This document shows, one piece after another, positions 20,291 to 32,100 of a stretch of 64,000 nt of DNA. The notes under the pieces are model-generated. The model searched no databases. It was not told the DNA's origin and saw nothing but the letters and a program-made list of their open reading frames with translations. Every line of letters begins with the position of its first letter. The stretch's first letter is position 1. The translations under genes and the position numbers were made by a program. Source of the stretch: an uncultured virus (IMG/VR IMGVR_UViG_3300001605_000013) (taxonomy: Duplodnaviria; Heunggongvirae; Uroviricota; Caudoviricetes); the IMG/VR virus record IMGVR_UViG_3300001605_000013, positions 1 through 64,000 of that record; one strand, written 5' to 3'.

Positions 20291-21424
20291 ATGTCTGAAG
20301 AAATTTTAAAGAATCAGCCAAGCGAAAGCGGTGAATACGGTGATCCAAACCCAGGTCTGTACCAGGGACAAGGTGCCGTTGCCGCTGGAGGTATTGGCGG
20401 AGTAACAGATCCAGGTGCTGGTGTATTGGGTAACATCCCAGAAGCCAACTATGGAGACACAACAGGTCCAAACGCAGTTAATCCATCAGGTGTTGCTTCT
20501 GGTTTACTTAACCCTGAGCAAGCTCGTAGATTTATTGACTATGTTTGGGACGCAACAGTTCTTGCTAACGATGGTCGCAGAGTTACAATGCGTGCAAACA
20601 CAATGGAAATCGAAAAGGTTAACGTTGGAGAGCGCGTAATTCGTGCCGCTGCTCAAGCTCTTGGTGAATACACCAACGCTGGTGCAACCTTCACAAAGGT
20701 TGAGCTAACAACAAAGAAGATTCGTCTTGACTGGGAAGTTTCCACAGAATCATTGGAAGATAACATCGAAGGTGGTGCTCTTGAGGACCATCTCGTTCGT
20801 TTGATGACCAATGCTTTTGCAAACGATATCGAAGATCTCGCAATCAATGGTGACGGAGGCGCAGACCCATTCCTAGGAATTATGAATGGTTTTGTTAATC
20901 AGGTTACAGGTGGCGCAGTATGCTCATGAGGCTAGTTGTTACTGTTTCAAANNACGTAGTGGACACCAGAGATCATGCAGCAAATCATTTATGCTTTGCC
21001 ACGCAAGTATCGTGCAGTTAAGAGCAATCTTAAGTTCTATGCTGGTACAGACGCATTCGCAGGTATCGTTGCTAACAACGGAACACTTGCTGATGCAATT
21101 GCCGCAGCATTTGATCCAAGAGTTGCTGGAACAGATCGTAATCGTCAATCATACCTTGATGGCGCAGGGCAAACATTTGGCAATGCCAATATTACCCGTG
21201 TCCTAGGTGTTGACGTAATGGAGGTTCCTTACTACCCAGCAGATTATGTAGATCTTACATTCCCTGCTAACCGTGTATGGGGATTCCAGCGTGATATCAC
21301 AGTTAACCGTGAATACAAGCCCAAGAAGGACACAATCGAATACACAGTATTCGTCCGTCTTGGAATTGCATGGGAAGAACTTGATGCAGTAGCTTATGCT
21401 GATGCAGCAGTAGATCCTTCCTAA
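20291..21424 (+). CDS. Major capsid protein (HK97-like; frame broken at ~20915-20955 with Ns)
   Basis: GLLNPEQARRFID, VSTESLEDNIEG, FANDIEDLAING; continues in 20975..21424 (RVWGFQRDITV, DTIEYTV). Confidence 0.9.
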
Positions 21425-21449
21425 TAAAAAACTAAATAAAACCGTTTGC

Positions 21450-21477
21450 GGGGAGTAGGGCTAGTTCTCTACTCCCC
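21450..21477 (+). terminator. Hairpin after capsid gene
   Basis: GGGGAGTAGGG / CTCTACTCCCC; TGTTATAAT follows at 21490-21498. Confidence 0.65.
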
Positions 21478-21522
21478 TCAAGCATATTCTGTTATAATTG
21501 TAATAAATAGAAAGGTACAAAA

Positions 21523-21984
21523 ATGTCAGATTTTTCAAAAATGAGTGTTGCAAAGTTAAGGGAATATGCCCAAGATAATGAAGTTGATCTGGGGTCATCA
21601 AAAACAAAAACAGAAATTCTTTCAATTCTAACTAAAACAACATCATCAATATCTTTAGCTGAAGAAACAGATAATAATGTCATAAGTTCTAAAAGTATCA
21701 ACAATAAAAAAACAAGCAGAAAATCTAATACAAAGACAAGTGAAGAAGGAGTTATTACTGTTGGATCAGCAGATAACTTTAAAGATAAAAAATTTGAAAA
21801 TAAAGTTGTAGTTCAAGAAAACAAAATACCTATTCATTCTCAAAAAAATATGCATTGGAATGGTGTAGGCAGCATTAAAAGTGGATATAATATAGTTACA
21901 AAGGAGGCAGCCGACTCATGGCTTACCCGAAAGGGTGTTCGTAAAGCTACAGCAGAAGAAGTAGCGAGTCATTACGGCCTATAA
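21523..21984 (+). CDS. Rho-N/HeH-like domain protein
   Basis: FSKMSVAKLREYAQDNEVDL...KTKTEILSIL. Confidence 0.55.
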   Translation: MSDFSKMSVAKLREYAQDNEVDLGSSKTKTEILSILTKTTSSISLAEETDNNVISSKSINNKKTSRKSNTKTSEEGVITVGSADNFKDKKFENKVVVQENKIPIHSQKNMHWNGVGSIKSGYNIVTKEAADSWLTRKGVRKATAEEVASHYGL

Positions 21985-21987
21985 AAA

Positions 21988-22944
21988 ATGAACCTACTCA
22001 GACAGACACCCTTTCCTTTAGAGGTGTTCTATGATGGCCTTACGCCCAGTACAGACTATGCTCTAGAGATATATGACGATCATACATTTTTAGTATTATC
22101 GGTTACAGTCACATCAGATTCAAGTGGTGTTGTTTTGTATGAGCTTCCAACAACATTTGAGAAATATGATGAAACCTACTCTCTTTATATTTACACTTTG
22201 GATGTGGATGATGAGCCAGATGAAACGGTAGTAATAGACAACCTATATATTTATAGACCTTACATAAATCCACTAACCTTAGCAGACATAGAGTGCGATC
22301 AAGAAGAATATATTAACTTAGAGAGAACTGCTCGACAGATCATCAATACCTTGGTGGGAGGGTTTTACTATACAAAAGGAGAGGTAGAAACCGTTGGTCT
22401 CGGAGCAGACTACTTACCACTACCTAAAAGAGCAAATAAAATAAACGCGGTATATGAGAATAATCAAAAGGTCTATGACAGAATTGATCCAATTACAGGT
22501 CAATATACATATGTCTTAAGTCCAGACAAAACATCAATGACAATATCTGTAAGCGGAAACTATAACAGACAACAGTCAAAGCCCGTCAGTCTTCCTGTGG
22601 GAGCATCTGACTCATTTATGCTTTATGGAGATGACTATGATCAAGTATTAGCCCTAACAGAAATAAAGGGGCCATCCCTATTCCCCAAAGACTGGGATTA
22701 TACTGTTTATGGAGAGTGGGGCTGGCCTGTCGTACCACAAGACATTAAAGATGCCACAAAAATGCTTATGGATGATATGAAGTGTGGAAAGCTATCCTAT
22801 ATTCAAAAATATGTTACAGAATATGAGACAGATCAGTTTAGAGTAAAGTATAGCGATCTTTCTATAAGGGGAACAGGAAATCTTCTTGTGGACAAGATAC
22901 TAGAAAGCTATTCAATACCAATTTACCGCCTTGGAGTAATATAA
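21988..22944 (+). CDS. Head-tail adaptor/connector
   Basis: ERTARQIIN, WGWPVVPQDIKDATKML, TGNLLVDKILESY; position after capsid. Confidence 0.7.
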   Translation: MNLLRQTPFPLEVFYDGLTPSTDYALEIYDDHTFLVLSVTVTSDSSGVVLYELPTTFEKYDETYSLYIYTLDVDDEPDETVVIDNLYIYRPYINPLTLADIECDQEEYINLERTARQIINTLVGGFYYTKGEVETVGLGADYLPLPKRANKINAVYENNQKVYDRIDPITGQYTYVLSPDKTSMTISVSGNYNRQQSKPVSLPVGASDSFMLYGDDYDQVLALTEIKGPSLFPKDWDYTVYGEWGWPVVPQDIKDATKMLMDDMKCGKLSYIQKYVTEYETDQFRVKYSDLSIRGTGNLLVDKILESYSIPIYRLGVI

Positions 22945-23393
22945 TGAATTCATGTGAAGACAGTTTATTTTCAATGAATATGGACATCTATTACTCTACA
23001 GAATCACAAGATAAGTTTGGAAAAGAAGTAAAATCATGGGTGTTGGATAGAACAGTTCTTGGGTACGCAGAAATTTTGGGGGCGGTAAATAGAGATGGGT
23101 TAAAAGCCTCTCAGTTTTTTGAATATGAAGGAAAGTTAATAGGAAGATCCAAAGAAGATCCCAGGGTATCCATGGATGGATTGAACTATCCAATAACAAG
23201 CATGGTGATAACAAACATCGTAGATGCAAAAACTGGAACAGAGTTCTACACAGAATCATATGGAGATAGATCAGGGGAATCAACAATCTTTGAAATAATG
23301 GCAATTGAACCATATGTAAATCCCTGGAATGAGATAGAATACTATAAAATACTTTTTAATAGATCAGATAAGCAGGTAATCTTCAGTGATTAA
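22944..23393 (+). CDS. Putative head closure (stopper) protein
   Basis: QDKFGKEVKSW; size and synteny. Confidence 0.55.
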   Translation: MNSCEDSLFSMNMDIYYSTESQDKFGKEVKSWVLDRTVLGYAEILGAVNRDGLKASQFFEYEGKLIGRSKEDPRVSMDGLNYPITSMVITNIVDAKTGTEFYTESYGDRSGESTIFEIMAIEPYVNPWNEIEYYKILFNRSDKQVIFSD

Positions 23394-24066
23394 AACAAGA
23401 ATAGATTCCAGAGAGCTAACAAAAACTTTAGATAACATTGTTGATTATTCTGTAGGGTTTACTAGGGGTGTCAACAAAAAAAGAACTATTTTTAACAAAC
23501 AGCTTGGATCTTTTATTGAAGATGCTTTATATAAGTATGTCGATGCAAAAGCAAGAGGTAATCCAGATACACTACACCACATTTATGAGTGGGGAATGAC
23601 AGGAAGCCCCAATGGAAGATTATTTGAGTTTACCATGACTCCTACGCAAAGAAGCATACACTTTTCTGCAAAATTCTTACAGTCTGCAACAACTTCTGAA
23701 ACATCCAATGAGCCATTTTCAGATAAAGCACAGGTGATGGAAAGTGGCATGTCTATAACCGTTACCCCTAGAGATTCTGGTGTTCTAGCTTTTGAACAAG
23801 ATGGAGAGATGGTTTTTGTTTCTGGATCAGTCGTTATAGATAATCCTGGAGGAGAAGGGGTTTCTGGAAGTTTCGAAAGAGTTGTTAAAGATTTTTTTGA
23901 GAACTATCTTGTTGTTGGACTCTTAAGAAGTTCTGGATTATTTAATAAATTAAGTTATCCAAAAGAATACCTAGATAGGTTTTCCCAGGGAGCAAAGTCT
24001 GGAGAGTCAGCAGGGATCTCCGCTGGACAGCAATATCTTGATGTCGGTGGGATTGAAGTAAGATGA
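23386..24066 (+). CDS. Putative neck/tail completion protein
   Basis: Synteny only; LHHIYEWG. Confidence 0.45.
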   Translation: MIKTRIDSRELTKTLDNIVDYSVGFTRGVNKKRTIFNKQLGSFIEDALYKYVDAKARGNPDTLHHIYEWGMTGSPNGRLFEFTMTPTQRSIHFSAKFLQSATTSETSNEPFSDKAQVMESGMSITVTPRDSGVLAFEQDGEMVFVSGSVVIDNPGGEGVSGSFERVVKDFFENYLVVGLLRSSGLFNKLSYPKEYLDRFSQGAKSGESAGISAGQQYLDVGGIEVR

Positions 24067-24590
24067 GCTTATCAGATTTAGGAGTTGCTCCATTAGCGGT
24101 TAACGCATACCTATGGGAAACAATGAAGGCTATTGATCCATCATTGCAGAATAAGTATAAAACAAAAACCCCTATATTTCCACTGAGCGATCAAGCTTCT
24201 GGAAATAAGGCTTGGGAAAATAAACCATACATCATTTATGACAGAATGTATAAATTGGGGGTAGGTCCATTCTATCCAAAGAAAAAAGAGCAAATACTCT
24301 ACTATGTAAAAGGAAACGAAGAGCAAACCCTTCTTTGGGGATCTGCCCTGCAAATGATTTTAGATAGAATGGACGATGCAGGAAAAGATATAAATCAATG
24401 GATAAGAGAAAATGGCGGGAACGATAGCTATCCAATATATTTTCATTATTTAAGGATATATCAGACAGATTCATCAATATCATCATCATCTGAAATGAAG
24501 AGAGATTTTTCTTCTAGGGCATACTATGTTACAGAATTTGTTGTTGATATGTGTTATCACTACACAAAGTCTCTAGAAGACTATTTATAA
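24063..24590 (+). CDS. Putative tail terminator
   Basis: Directly before tail tube; KPYIIYD. Confidence 0.5.
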   Translation: MSLSDLGVAPLAVNAYLWETMKAIDPSLQNKYKTKTPIFPLSDQASGNKAWENKPYIIYDRMYKLGVGPFYPKKKEQILYYVKGNEEQTLLWGSALQMILDRMDDAGKDINQWIRENGGNDSYPIYFHYLRIYQTDSSISSSSEMKRDFSSRAYYVTEFVVDMCYHYTKSLEDYL

Positions 24591-24662
24591 AAGTCCTGTA
24601 TAATAGACATTGAGGAAACACCCCATAGATTAATTAAACTATGGAAAAAGAGGTGAAAAAAT

Positions 24663-25340
24663 ATGGCATATACACGCGGAGATTCAAAAAACATCATTGT
24701 TGGTGCAGCCGCTATGTTTGTTTCAACAGCAGGTGAGTTCGATCCAGATACAGTAGTCTTCCCAGATTTTGTTGAAGATTCACAGTATATCGACACTCTT
24801 ACTGATTCTTCAGAGGGACAGGCACTCGTTCGTAACATTGGTTATACAATGAATGGACTTGAGCTTCAGTTCCAACCAGATTTCGGAGAAGTTCAGGTAG
24901 ATCAGCTCCTTGACGTTGCAAAGCTTTACAAGCAGGGTATGCAGGTTAATCTTGCAACAGCATTTGCTGAGGCAACACTTGAGAACCTTCTTGTTGCAAT
25001 TGCAGCACCATCAGCTGACCTTACAACAGGTAATATGGATAACCCAATGGACACTGGAACAGTTTCAGCAGCCACAGCACTTGAATTAACTTCAGGAGCT
25101 ATTGGTGAATGTCCAGTAGAAAGAGGTCTTGTTGCAGTTGGTCCAGGTACAGGAGACTGTGATCCAGGCTCATACATTGAAAGAATTTATGTTGCTTATA
25201 GAGCACTTTCAATTGACAACGTAACAGTATCAGCAAAGCGCGATGAGCCCTCTATGTTTGAGGTTTCATTCCGTTTGCTTCCTGCAAACAATGGTTCCTA
25301 TGGAAAGATTGTTGACAGAACAGTAAACAGCACAACCTGA
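24663..25340 (+). CDS. Major tail (tube) protein
   Basis: NIIVGAAAMF, IGYTMNGLEL, TAFAEATLENL, FEVSFRLLP; precedes chaperones and tape measure. Confidence 0.85.
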   Translation: MAYTRGDSKNIIVGAAAMFVSTAGEFDPDTVVFPDFVEDSQYIDTLTDSSEGQALVRNIGYTMNGLELQFQPDFGEVQVDQLLDVAKLYKQGMQVNLATAFAEATLENLLVAIAAPSADLTTGNMDNPMDTGTVSAATALELTSGAIGECPVERGLVAVGPGTGDCDPGSYIERIYVAYRALSIDNVTVSAKRDEPSMFEVSFRLLPANNGSYGKIVDRTVNSTT

Positions 25341-25359
25341 TAAAAAAAATAATTTAATA

Positions 25360-25398
25360 GGCTATGGCCCCCTAGTGCTTTGCACAGGGGGTCTAGTC
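25360..25398 (+). terminator. Hairpin after tail tube gene
   Basis: GGCTA-GGCCCCCT-GTGC / GCAC-AGGGGGTC-TAGTC; TGCTATAAT at 25400-25408. Confidence 0.65.
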
Positions 25399-25437
25399 AT
25401 GCTATAATTTATTTACCAAAAACTAGAAAGGTTTACA

Positions 25438-25773
25438 ATGGCAACTAGCGTGTATGAAACATCAGAAATTGAACTTTTGGACGGTACAAAAATTAAAATG
25501 CGTCCACTAAAGATTTCTCTTCTCAGAGAGTTTATGAAAAAGTTTGAAACTATTGCAAAGGTAGCAGATAATAACGATAAGTCAATGGACATCCTCATTG
25601 ATTGCGTTCAGACTGCAATGAAGCAATACGCTCCAGATCTTGCTACAGATCGTGAAAAGTTGGAAGACAACATTGATCTTCCTAGCGTATACAAAGTTGT
25701 AGAAGCAGCATCAGGCATTAAGTTTGATGATGAGGGAAACGTAGCAGCGGCGGCGATTCGTGGTCTGAACTAG
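25438..25773 (+). CDS. Tail assembly chaperone (short form)
   Basis: Between tube and tape measure; in-frame slippery heptamer near 3' end. Confidence 0.85.
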   Translation: MATSVYETSEIELLDGTKIKMRPLKISLLREFMKKFETIAKVADNNDKSMDILIDCVQTAMKQYAPDLATDREKLEDNIDLPSVYKVVEAASGIKFDDEGNVAAAAIRGLN

Positions 25774-26132
25774 ATCTTGCCAAAATAGAATCAGAGGTTT
25801 TTACTCTGGGTATTTGGAAAGATTTTGAAGACTTAGAAAATAGCCTGTGTATGGCAGAGTTAACATCAATCCTCGCCGCTAAAAGAGAAAAAGATTACGA
25901 AGATAAAAAGTTTTTTGCTGCCTTAAAAGGTGTAAATCTAGATGAAGGAAGCGGTCAAAGGGGTCAAAAGGAATGGGAAGATATGAAGGCTAGAGTTTTT
26001 AGCGGAGGATCTTCCAGAGATTCCAGTGATATTGTTTCTCTACAAGGACAAAATGCCAAGAAAGCAGGCTTTGGTATAGGTAATGGATTAGAGTATGCTT
26101 CATCTAAAAATGCCAAAAATCCAATGGGCTAA
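25438..26132 (+). CDS. Tail assembly chaperone (long, -1 frameshift form)
   Basis: -1 frame after G GGA AAC is open (RSSGGDSWSELDLAKIESEVF...) into ORF 25851..26132. Confidence 0.8.
25734..25740 (+). promoter_or_regulatory. Programmed -1 ribosomal frameshift site GGGAAAC
   Basis: X XXY YYZ heptamer in the correct phase at the lambda G/GT-type location. Confidence 0.85.
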
Positions 26133-26160
26133 TGGTATAATTTATTAGAGGTGCTAATCT

Positions 26161-29100
26161 GTGGCTAACGAAGTAAACGCAAATATTCAAATAGGAATTG
26201 ATTCCAGTCAGGCTCTTGCGTCCCTAAAAACTTTACAAAATCAGATATCATCCTTCAATAAGTCTGTTATAGCTAGTAACGCTGCTGCCGTTGCAGCACA
26301 AAAAAGTGCAGTTTCTGGCCTTGCTTCACAAATTGGGGCAACCAAACAATTCTCTACCTCAATCGTTAATGTTGAATCTAGCGTATCTAGGCTAGGAAAA
26401 TCCATTGACAGAAACAAGTTAACTCTTGGAGAATACTTTAAGTATGGCGTAGCATCAAGCAAGAACTTTGGAAGCGTCTTTAAAAAAGAGCATATAGAAA
26501 TGACTGCTCTGGCTGAATCCAGAGTAAAAAGACTGCAGACTCAATACATAGCTCTTGGAGCAGCACAAAACGGTGTAACCAAGGCCATGGCAGTAAGACC
26601 TCTAAATCTTTACAATGCTGATTTAGCAATTGCGACACAAAGACAACAGCTTTTTAGTAAGCTTTTAAGTGATGGATCTACGTCCTTAATTAACTTTGGT
26701 AAAAATACACAGTGGGCTGGTCGTCAGCTTATGGTTGGTTTTACCGTACCCCTAACTATTTTTGGAGGTATGGCTGGAAAAGTCTTTATGGACTTAGAAA
26801 AGCAAATAGTCAACTTCAGAAGAGTTTATGGTGATGCAACAACTCCATTAGAAGAAACTAATGGAATGATTGACCAAGTTAAAGAACTTTCAAAAGAGTT
26901 TACTAAATATGGGATAGCAGTAAAGGATACAATTGGTCTTGCTAGCGATGCTGCTGCTGCAGGTGCTGCAGGAGAAGACCTTTTAGCACAAACTTCTGCT
27001 GCAACCAGGCTCTCTACTTTGGGTATGATTGATCAGCAACAGGCCCTTACAGCAACCATTGCTCTTCAGTCAGCATTTAAGTTGAGCTCTGAAGAGCTGG
27101 CAAACTCTGTAAACTTCTTAAACGCAGTGGAAAACCAAACAGTTCTCTCTCTTGATGACGTTACAGTTGCTATACCAAAGGTTGCTACAGTTATTCAGGG
27201 TCTTGGTGGAAATGTAGAAGATCTTTCCATTTTTCTTGCTGCAATGCGTGAGGGTGGTGTAAATGCCGCAGAGGGGGCAAACGCACTCAAGTCTGGTCTT
27301 GCCTCTCTTATTAATCCAACAAAGGCAGCAAGAGATCAGCTCGAAGCTGTTGGGATTAATATAGATGCCATTATTAGCAGCAATAAGGGAGATATTCGTG
27401 CAACTGTTATGGAGTTTGGAAATGCTTTAGGAACTCTGGACAAGTTTTCAAGACAGCAAACTCTGGCTAAAGTATTTGGCAAGTATCAGTTCGCAAGACT
27501 GGGAGCACTTTTTGAAAACATTAATCGAGATGGCTCACAAGCACAAAGAGTTATAGATTTAACTGGGGAAAGCATAGAAGGTCTTGCTCAGTTAGCAGAC
27601 AAAGAACTTGGGGCAATTGAAGAATCCATTGGTGTAAAATTTACTGGATCAATAGAAAGACTTAAATTAGCTATAGCCCCCATAGGAGAAGTTTTTCTTA
27701 AGGTAGCAACACCCTTTATTGATTTAGCAACAAAAATATTAGGAAAATTTGATGAATTAAGTCCAGGGGTAAAGCAGTTTATGGCTGTAATGCTCGCAGG
27801 CGTGGGAGTCGTTGTTCCAACAGTAATTATGCTTATAGGTCTTTTTGGTAACTTTATCGGTCAGGCAATTAAGGGATTTTCTGTTTTTAATAATTTCTTT
27901 AATAGGTTGAGAGGTGGTGGTAAAGATCTTCAACATTTATCTGATGAACAGCTCGATGCCGCAGCCGCCGCATCATCTCTAGAAGGTAAGACAAGTTCAT
28001 TGACCAATGAGCTTAATGTACAAAGGGCGGCGGTCGTTCAGCTAGCAAGATCATACAGAAATTATGTGAGAGCAGCAGGTGCGGCTGCAGCGGGCCTTCC
28101 TCAAGGATTCAGAGGTGCTCCAACAAAAATGATGGCAGCAGGTGGAATGGTCGGAGGTGTTGGAAATAAAGACACTGAGCCAGCACTCCTAACTCCTGGA
28201 GAATTTGTAATGAATAGAAAGGCTACAGAAAAATTTGGTCCAATTCTTGATGCTATGAACCGTGGCTCAATTACTCAATTAAATGAGGGAGACAGGCTTT
28301 CAGAAAGAATAGCGTCCACATCTTTTGGAGATTTTACGACACAAAGAAAAGACTCCGTTTCTGGAGTTGTTGGTTTATTATCTCAGCTAGTAAATATATC
28401 TGAGGCAGATACTAGGATAGTGTCTGATGGACTTAGACAGCTAGAAGAGTCAAATAGATTAAACAAAACAACTGTAGATAGATTAATAAAAGATTTAAGT
28501 TTATTGCCAGAAAGACTTCCAGATGCAATGGCAAAATCTCATGTTTTTGAACAATCACAAGTATCTGTTTCTGAAGCAGAAGTTAGAAGAATGGTTAGAC
28601 AAAGTGGATCAGAAATAACATCCCCATCATTCTTGAGAACCCTTCAAGCGTCAGAAGAGTTGTCTGCGGCTGGAGCAGGGGGGGCAATAAAGTTTTTACC
28701 AAGAAGTGATTTAGTTGCAGATCTTCCTAGACAAATAAATGATGGTCTTAGAAGAGGAATAGAGTCTACAGATTTTGCTAATGCATTTGAAGAGGGGGGA
28801 GTGTCTAAATGGTCTAAAGCCGTAAAGCTTTCTGGAGTAAATGCTACAGAAGCAGCCCCACAATTTGATCTTTTTGATAGAAAGGTTCTTGAAATTGCAT
28901 CTTCAACAAATAAACTTATTGCAGATTTTGATGATGCGGAAAATAACATAATATCCTTTGGAACTATTGCAAGACAGGCAATAGATGAACTAGACAATGA
29001 AATACCCTTAGTAAAAGAAACTTTTGATACCTTAGAATCAAGGTTTAGAACATTTCAAGTTGGACTAAATCAAGACATGATTCCCACGCTAGAGCGTCTT

Positions 29101-32100
29101 GGATTTACTGTTGAAAGAACAGTAACGCAAATGGGTGATGATATGTTTAGGTTATCTGGAGGAACCCTTACAGAGCCTATAGAGTTAAGAGCAAGATCTG
29201 CAAGAATGGATGCCAGAGGATCTTATAGAGGAATTAAAGAAGCAGAGGATCTATCTAGACTGTTGGGCTCTTCAAGCGTTGATAGCATTAATGAAGGAAC
29301 TGGTGCAGCTTCTGAATCAAAGAAGGCACAAAAGGCAGCAGACAATGTTGTAGAAGGATTCTCTAATCAAATTAAAAGAGGAATCCCAGAGGCTCAGTCA
29401 GCTGCTATGGGGCTTGGAAATTCAGCAATGCAGGCTCTTGAAGAATCAACAACAAGAACACGAAGAAGTGCTTCAAGGCCACAGGGACCATCGGGATTAA
29501 CTGCTCAGCAACTTGAATCTGAACAAAGAAGAATGCTCCGCGAAGAAAGAAGAGCAAGGGGGCCAGCATTTAGAGAGGGAACTCTTTCTCCAATATCCTT
29601 TAGACCAGGTGAGGAATCTTCTAGAATTCAAAATATAGACAATGCCAGATCAATGGCAATGCAAGAAGAAGTAAACAGATCTCATGCATTAGCAATTGTA
29701 GAAAATGAAAAACTTACAAAACAAACATCTCAGGTATCCAAAGAAATGTCTAAAACAAAAGGGTATGTTAAAAAGTTTGGAGGATCTCTTTTAAACGGAA
29801 GTATGAAGATGCAAGGAGCTATGTTTGCATTGGATGGAGTAATCTTCGGAGCCTCCATGATGGATAATAGTTTAGGTCAGCTCGCTCAAAAAATACTACC
29901 CGCAGTCTTTGCCTTTCAAGGGATAACAATGGCACTACCACTATTAGCTAACCCAATTGGCTTGGCTGCTTTAGCAATAGGGGCGGTTGGTGTAGGATTC
30001 TGGCTTCTAGATAAAAACAGAAAAGATTTACAAGAAAAAATAATAAAAACATCAGTTGCCATGAATGGATCATCAAAAGCATTTGACGACCTTTCAAAAG
30101 AACTAGGTTCCATGAAACCATCTGCAAGATTTTCTGCTATGTTCTCTGGAATGTCTGGAACAGAAAAAGAACAAGAGGCTTTAACAGAAGGTCAATCATT
30201 TCTTGAAACAGAATCAGGACAGGCAATGCTGGAAAGAGCAAAATCTTTAGCAGGAAAAGATAGAAAAAATGCTATAGAAACAGAGCTTCTTCAGTCTCTA
30301 GCATTAGAAATAATAACACCCGATCAGGCGAGAGGGGTGGCAAGAGCAATGTCCATGGCACTAAAAGACCCAATACTTGGTGCCTCCCTGGTTTCCTCAA
30401 TCTATTCATATGTAAACGACAACAAGGGTCAAGTTGTTAAGCCAATACAAGAACTAGTAACATCTATTCAAAATGAAGTTGGAGCTAGCCTTGCACCATA
30501 TGATGAGTTTATTAAAAAAGAAAAAGAGTATCAAGACTTATTAGAAAAAAGAAACAAGGTCAGACAAAGAGGAAAAGATGGTAAAAGGGTTACTCAAGAA
30601 GAATTTGAGGCTACAACCTTTACAGAGGAAGACAGGATAAGACTTGAAGAACTTGAAAAAGAAGTTTTAAGCGGTGCTCCTGCAATGGTAACGGCAACTA
30701 TCGGTCCACTAATAGACTCTTCAAAGAAATTAGCAGAAGCTCAAGCCTATTTAAATATTCAATATAGGGAAGGTAACATAGACAGAGAGAAATATCTAGA
30801 GTTAACAAATCAAATACAGGTTTCTCAACAACTATTAGCTGAAACACTAAGAAGGATGCAACTCTCTACAACGGATGTAAATTTTTCAGAGAACCTAAAG
30901 ATGGCTGCTCTCGCCGCAGGGATGACAGAGGAAGAGTTTGGGAAGATGGAAACTCAAGCGAGGGCTTTAGAGGGAATCCTAGTCAGCACATTTGGAAAAG
31001 ATGCTACTTGGGCAAAAGAAGCATCAAATACTCTACAACTTGCTATGACCACTGGAGCTCTTGATGCAGCAACTGCTGGAACAATACCAGACCTTCTTGC
31101 TAATGATCAATATGCTGTTGTCTTAAACTTAGCTCTTGAAGGGGATGATCCATCAACATTGGCAGACACCGTGAAGCTTTTGAATCAAGTAGACATGCTT
31201 CCACAGCCAATGAAACAGCAAATACTTGCTGAATATAGCAGCAAAGACTTTGCAAGCCCAGCAGAGTTCAACACCTGGGCGCAAGAAACAATAACCATGG
31301 CATCATACTTTGCAGCAAATCCAAAGTTACAAGTAGAAGCTTTTGTCGCCATAAGGGATGGAGAGGCAACAACAGAAGGAATAAAAAATGTAGAATCTTT
31401 TATGGATAAAATAATGAATAACTCAAAGATATCTTCAGAGATTGATTTTAATTTGGTTAACCTTGATCTACTAACAAGAGCAAACAGGCAATGGGATAGT
31501 CTAGGTAAAAAGAAAAATATATCAAAAATTATAAGGCTAGACGATAAGTTTTCTGGAATTGCTAAAAGTTTTGGGGCAACCTTATCCGAACTTGATGCCC
31601 TACCAAATGTATTCAAGCAGGCAATTCTTTTACAAATGAATGTTGTAGCAGACATGAATATAAAGTTAGGAGGATTTCAAAGTATTCTTGAAGATCCAAA
31701 CGCTAGTCCAAGAGCAAAATCGGCAGCAAGAAGAGGAATTAAAAGCTTATACCAGTATGGTTCAAAATCAAGTAAATCAACTTTAAAAATAGTTTTTCAG
31801 ACTGGTCAAGAATCAGAAAATAATATCACAGAAGATAAAGATACTGGTAGTACTGGTGGATCAGCAACAAAGTCATGGCTACAGCAACTCATTGACGATA
31901 CAAAAGCAAACTTAGCACTATTCCCCAAAATGTTAAACCAACTTAAAGGAATGGGAATTCCTCAACAAATTATTGAAATGATTGGCGGAGGAGAAGAGGG
32001 TGTTAAGAAAGCACAAGAACTTCTTGGGGCAAGCAAAGTAAAAGCTTAAGAAACTTATTGCAGATTTTAATAAAAACCTAATAAATGAAGCAATAAAGGG

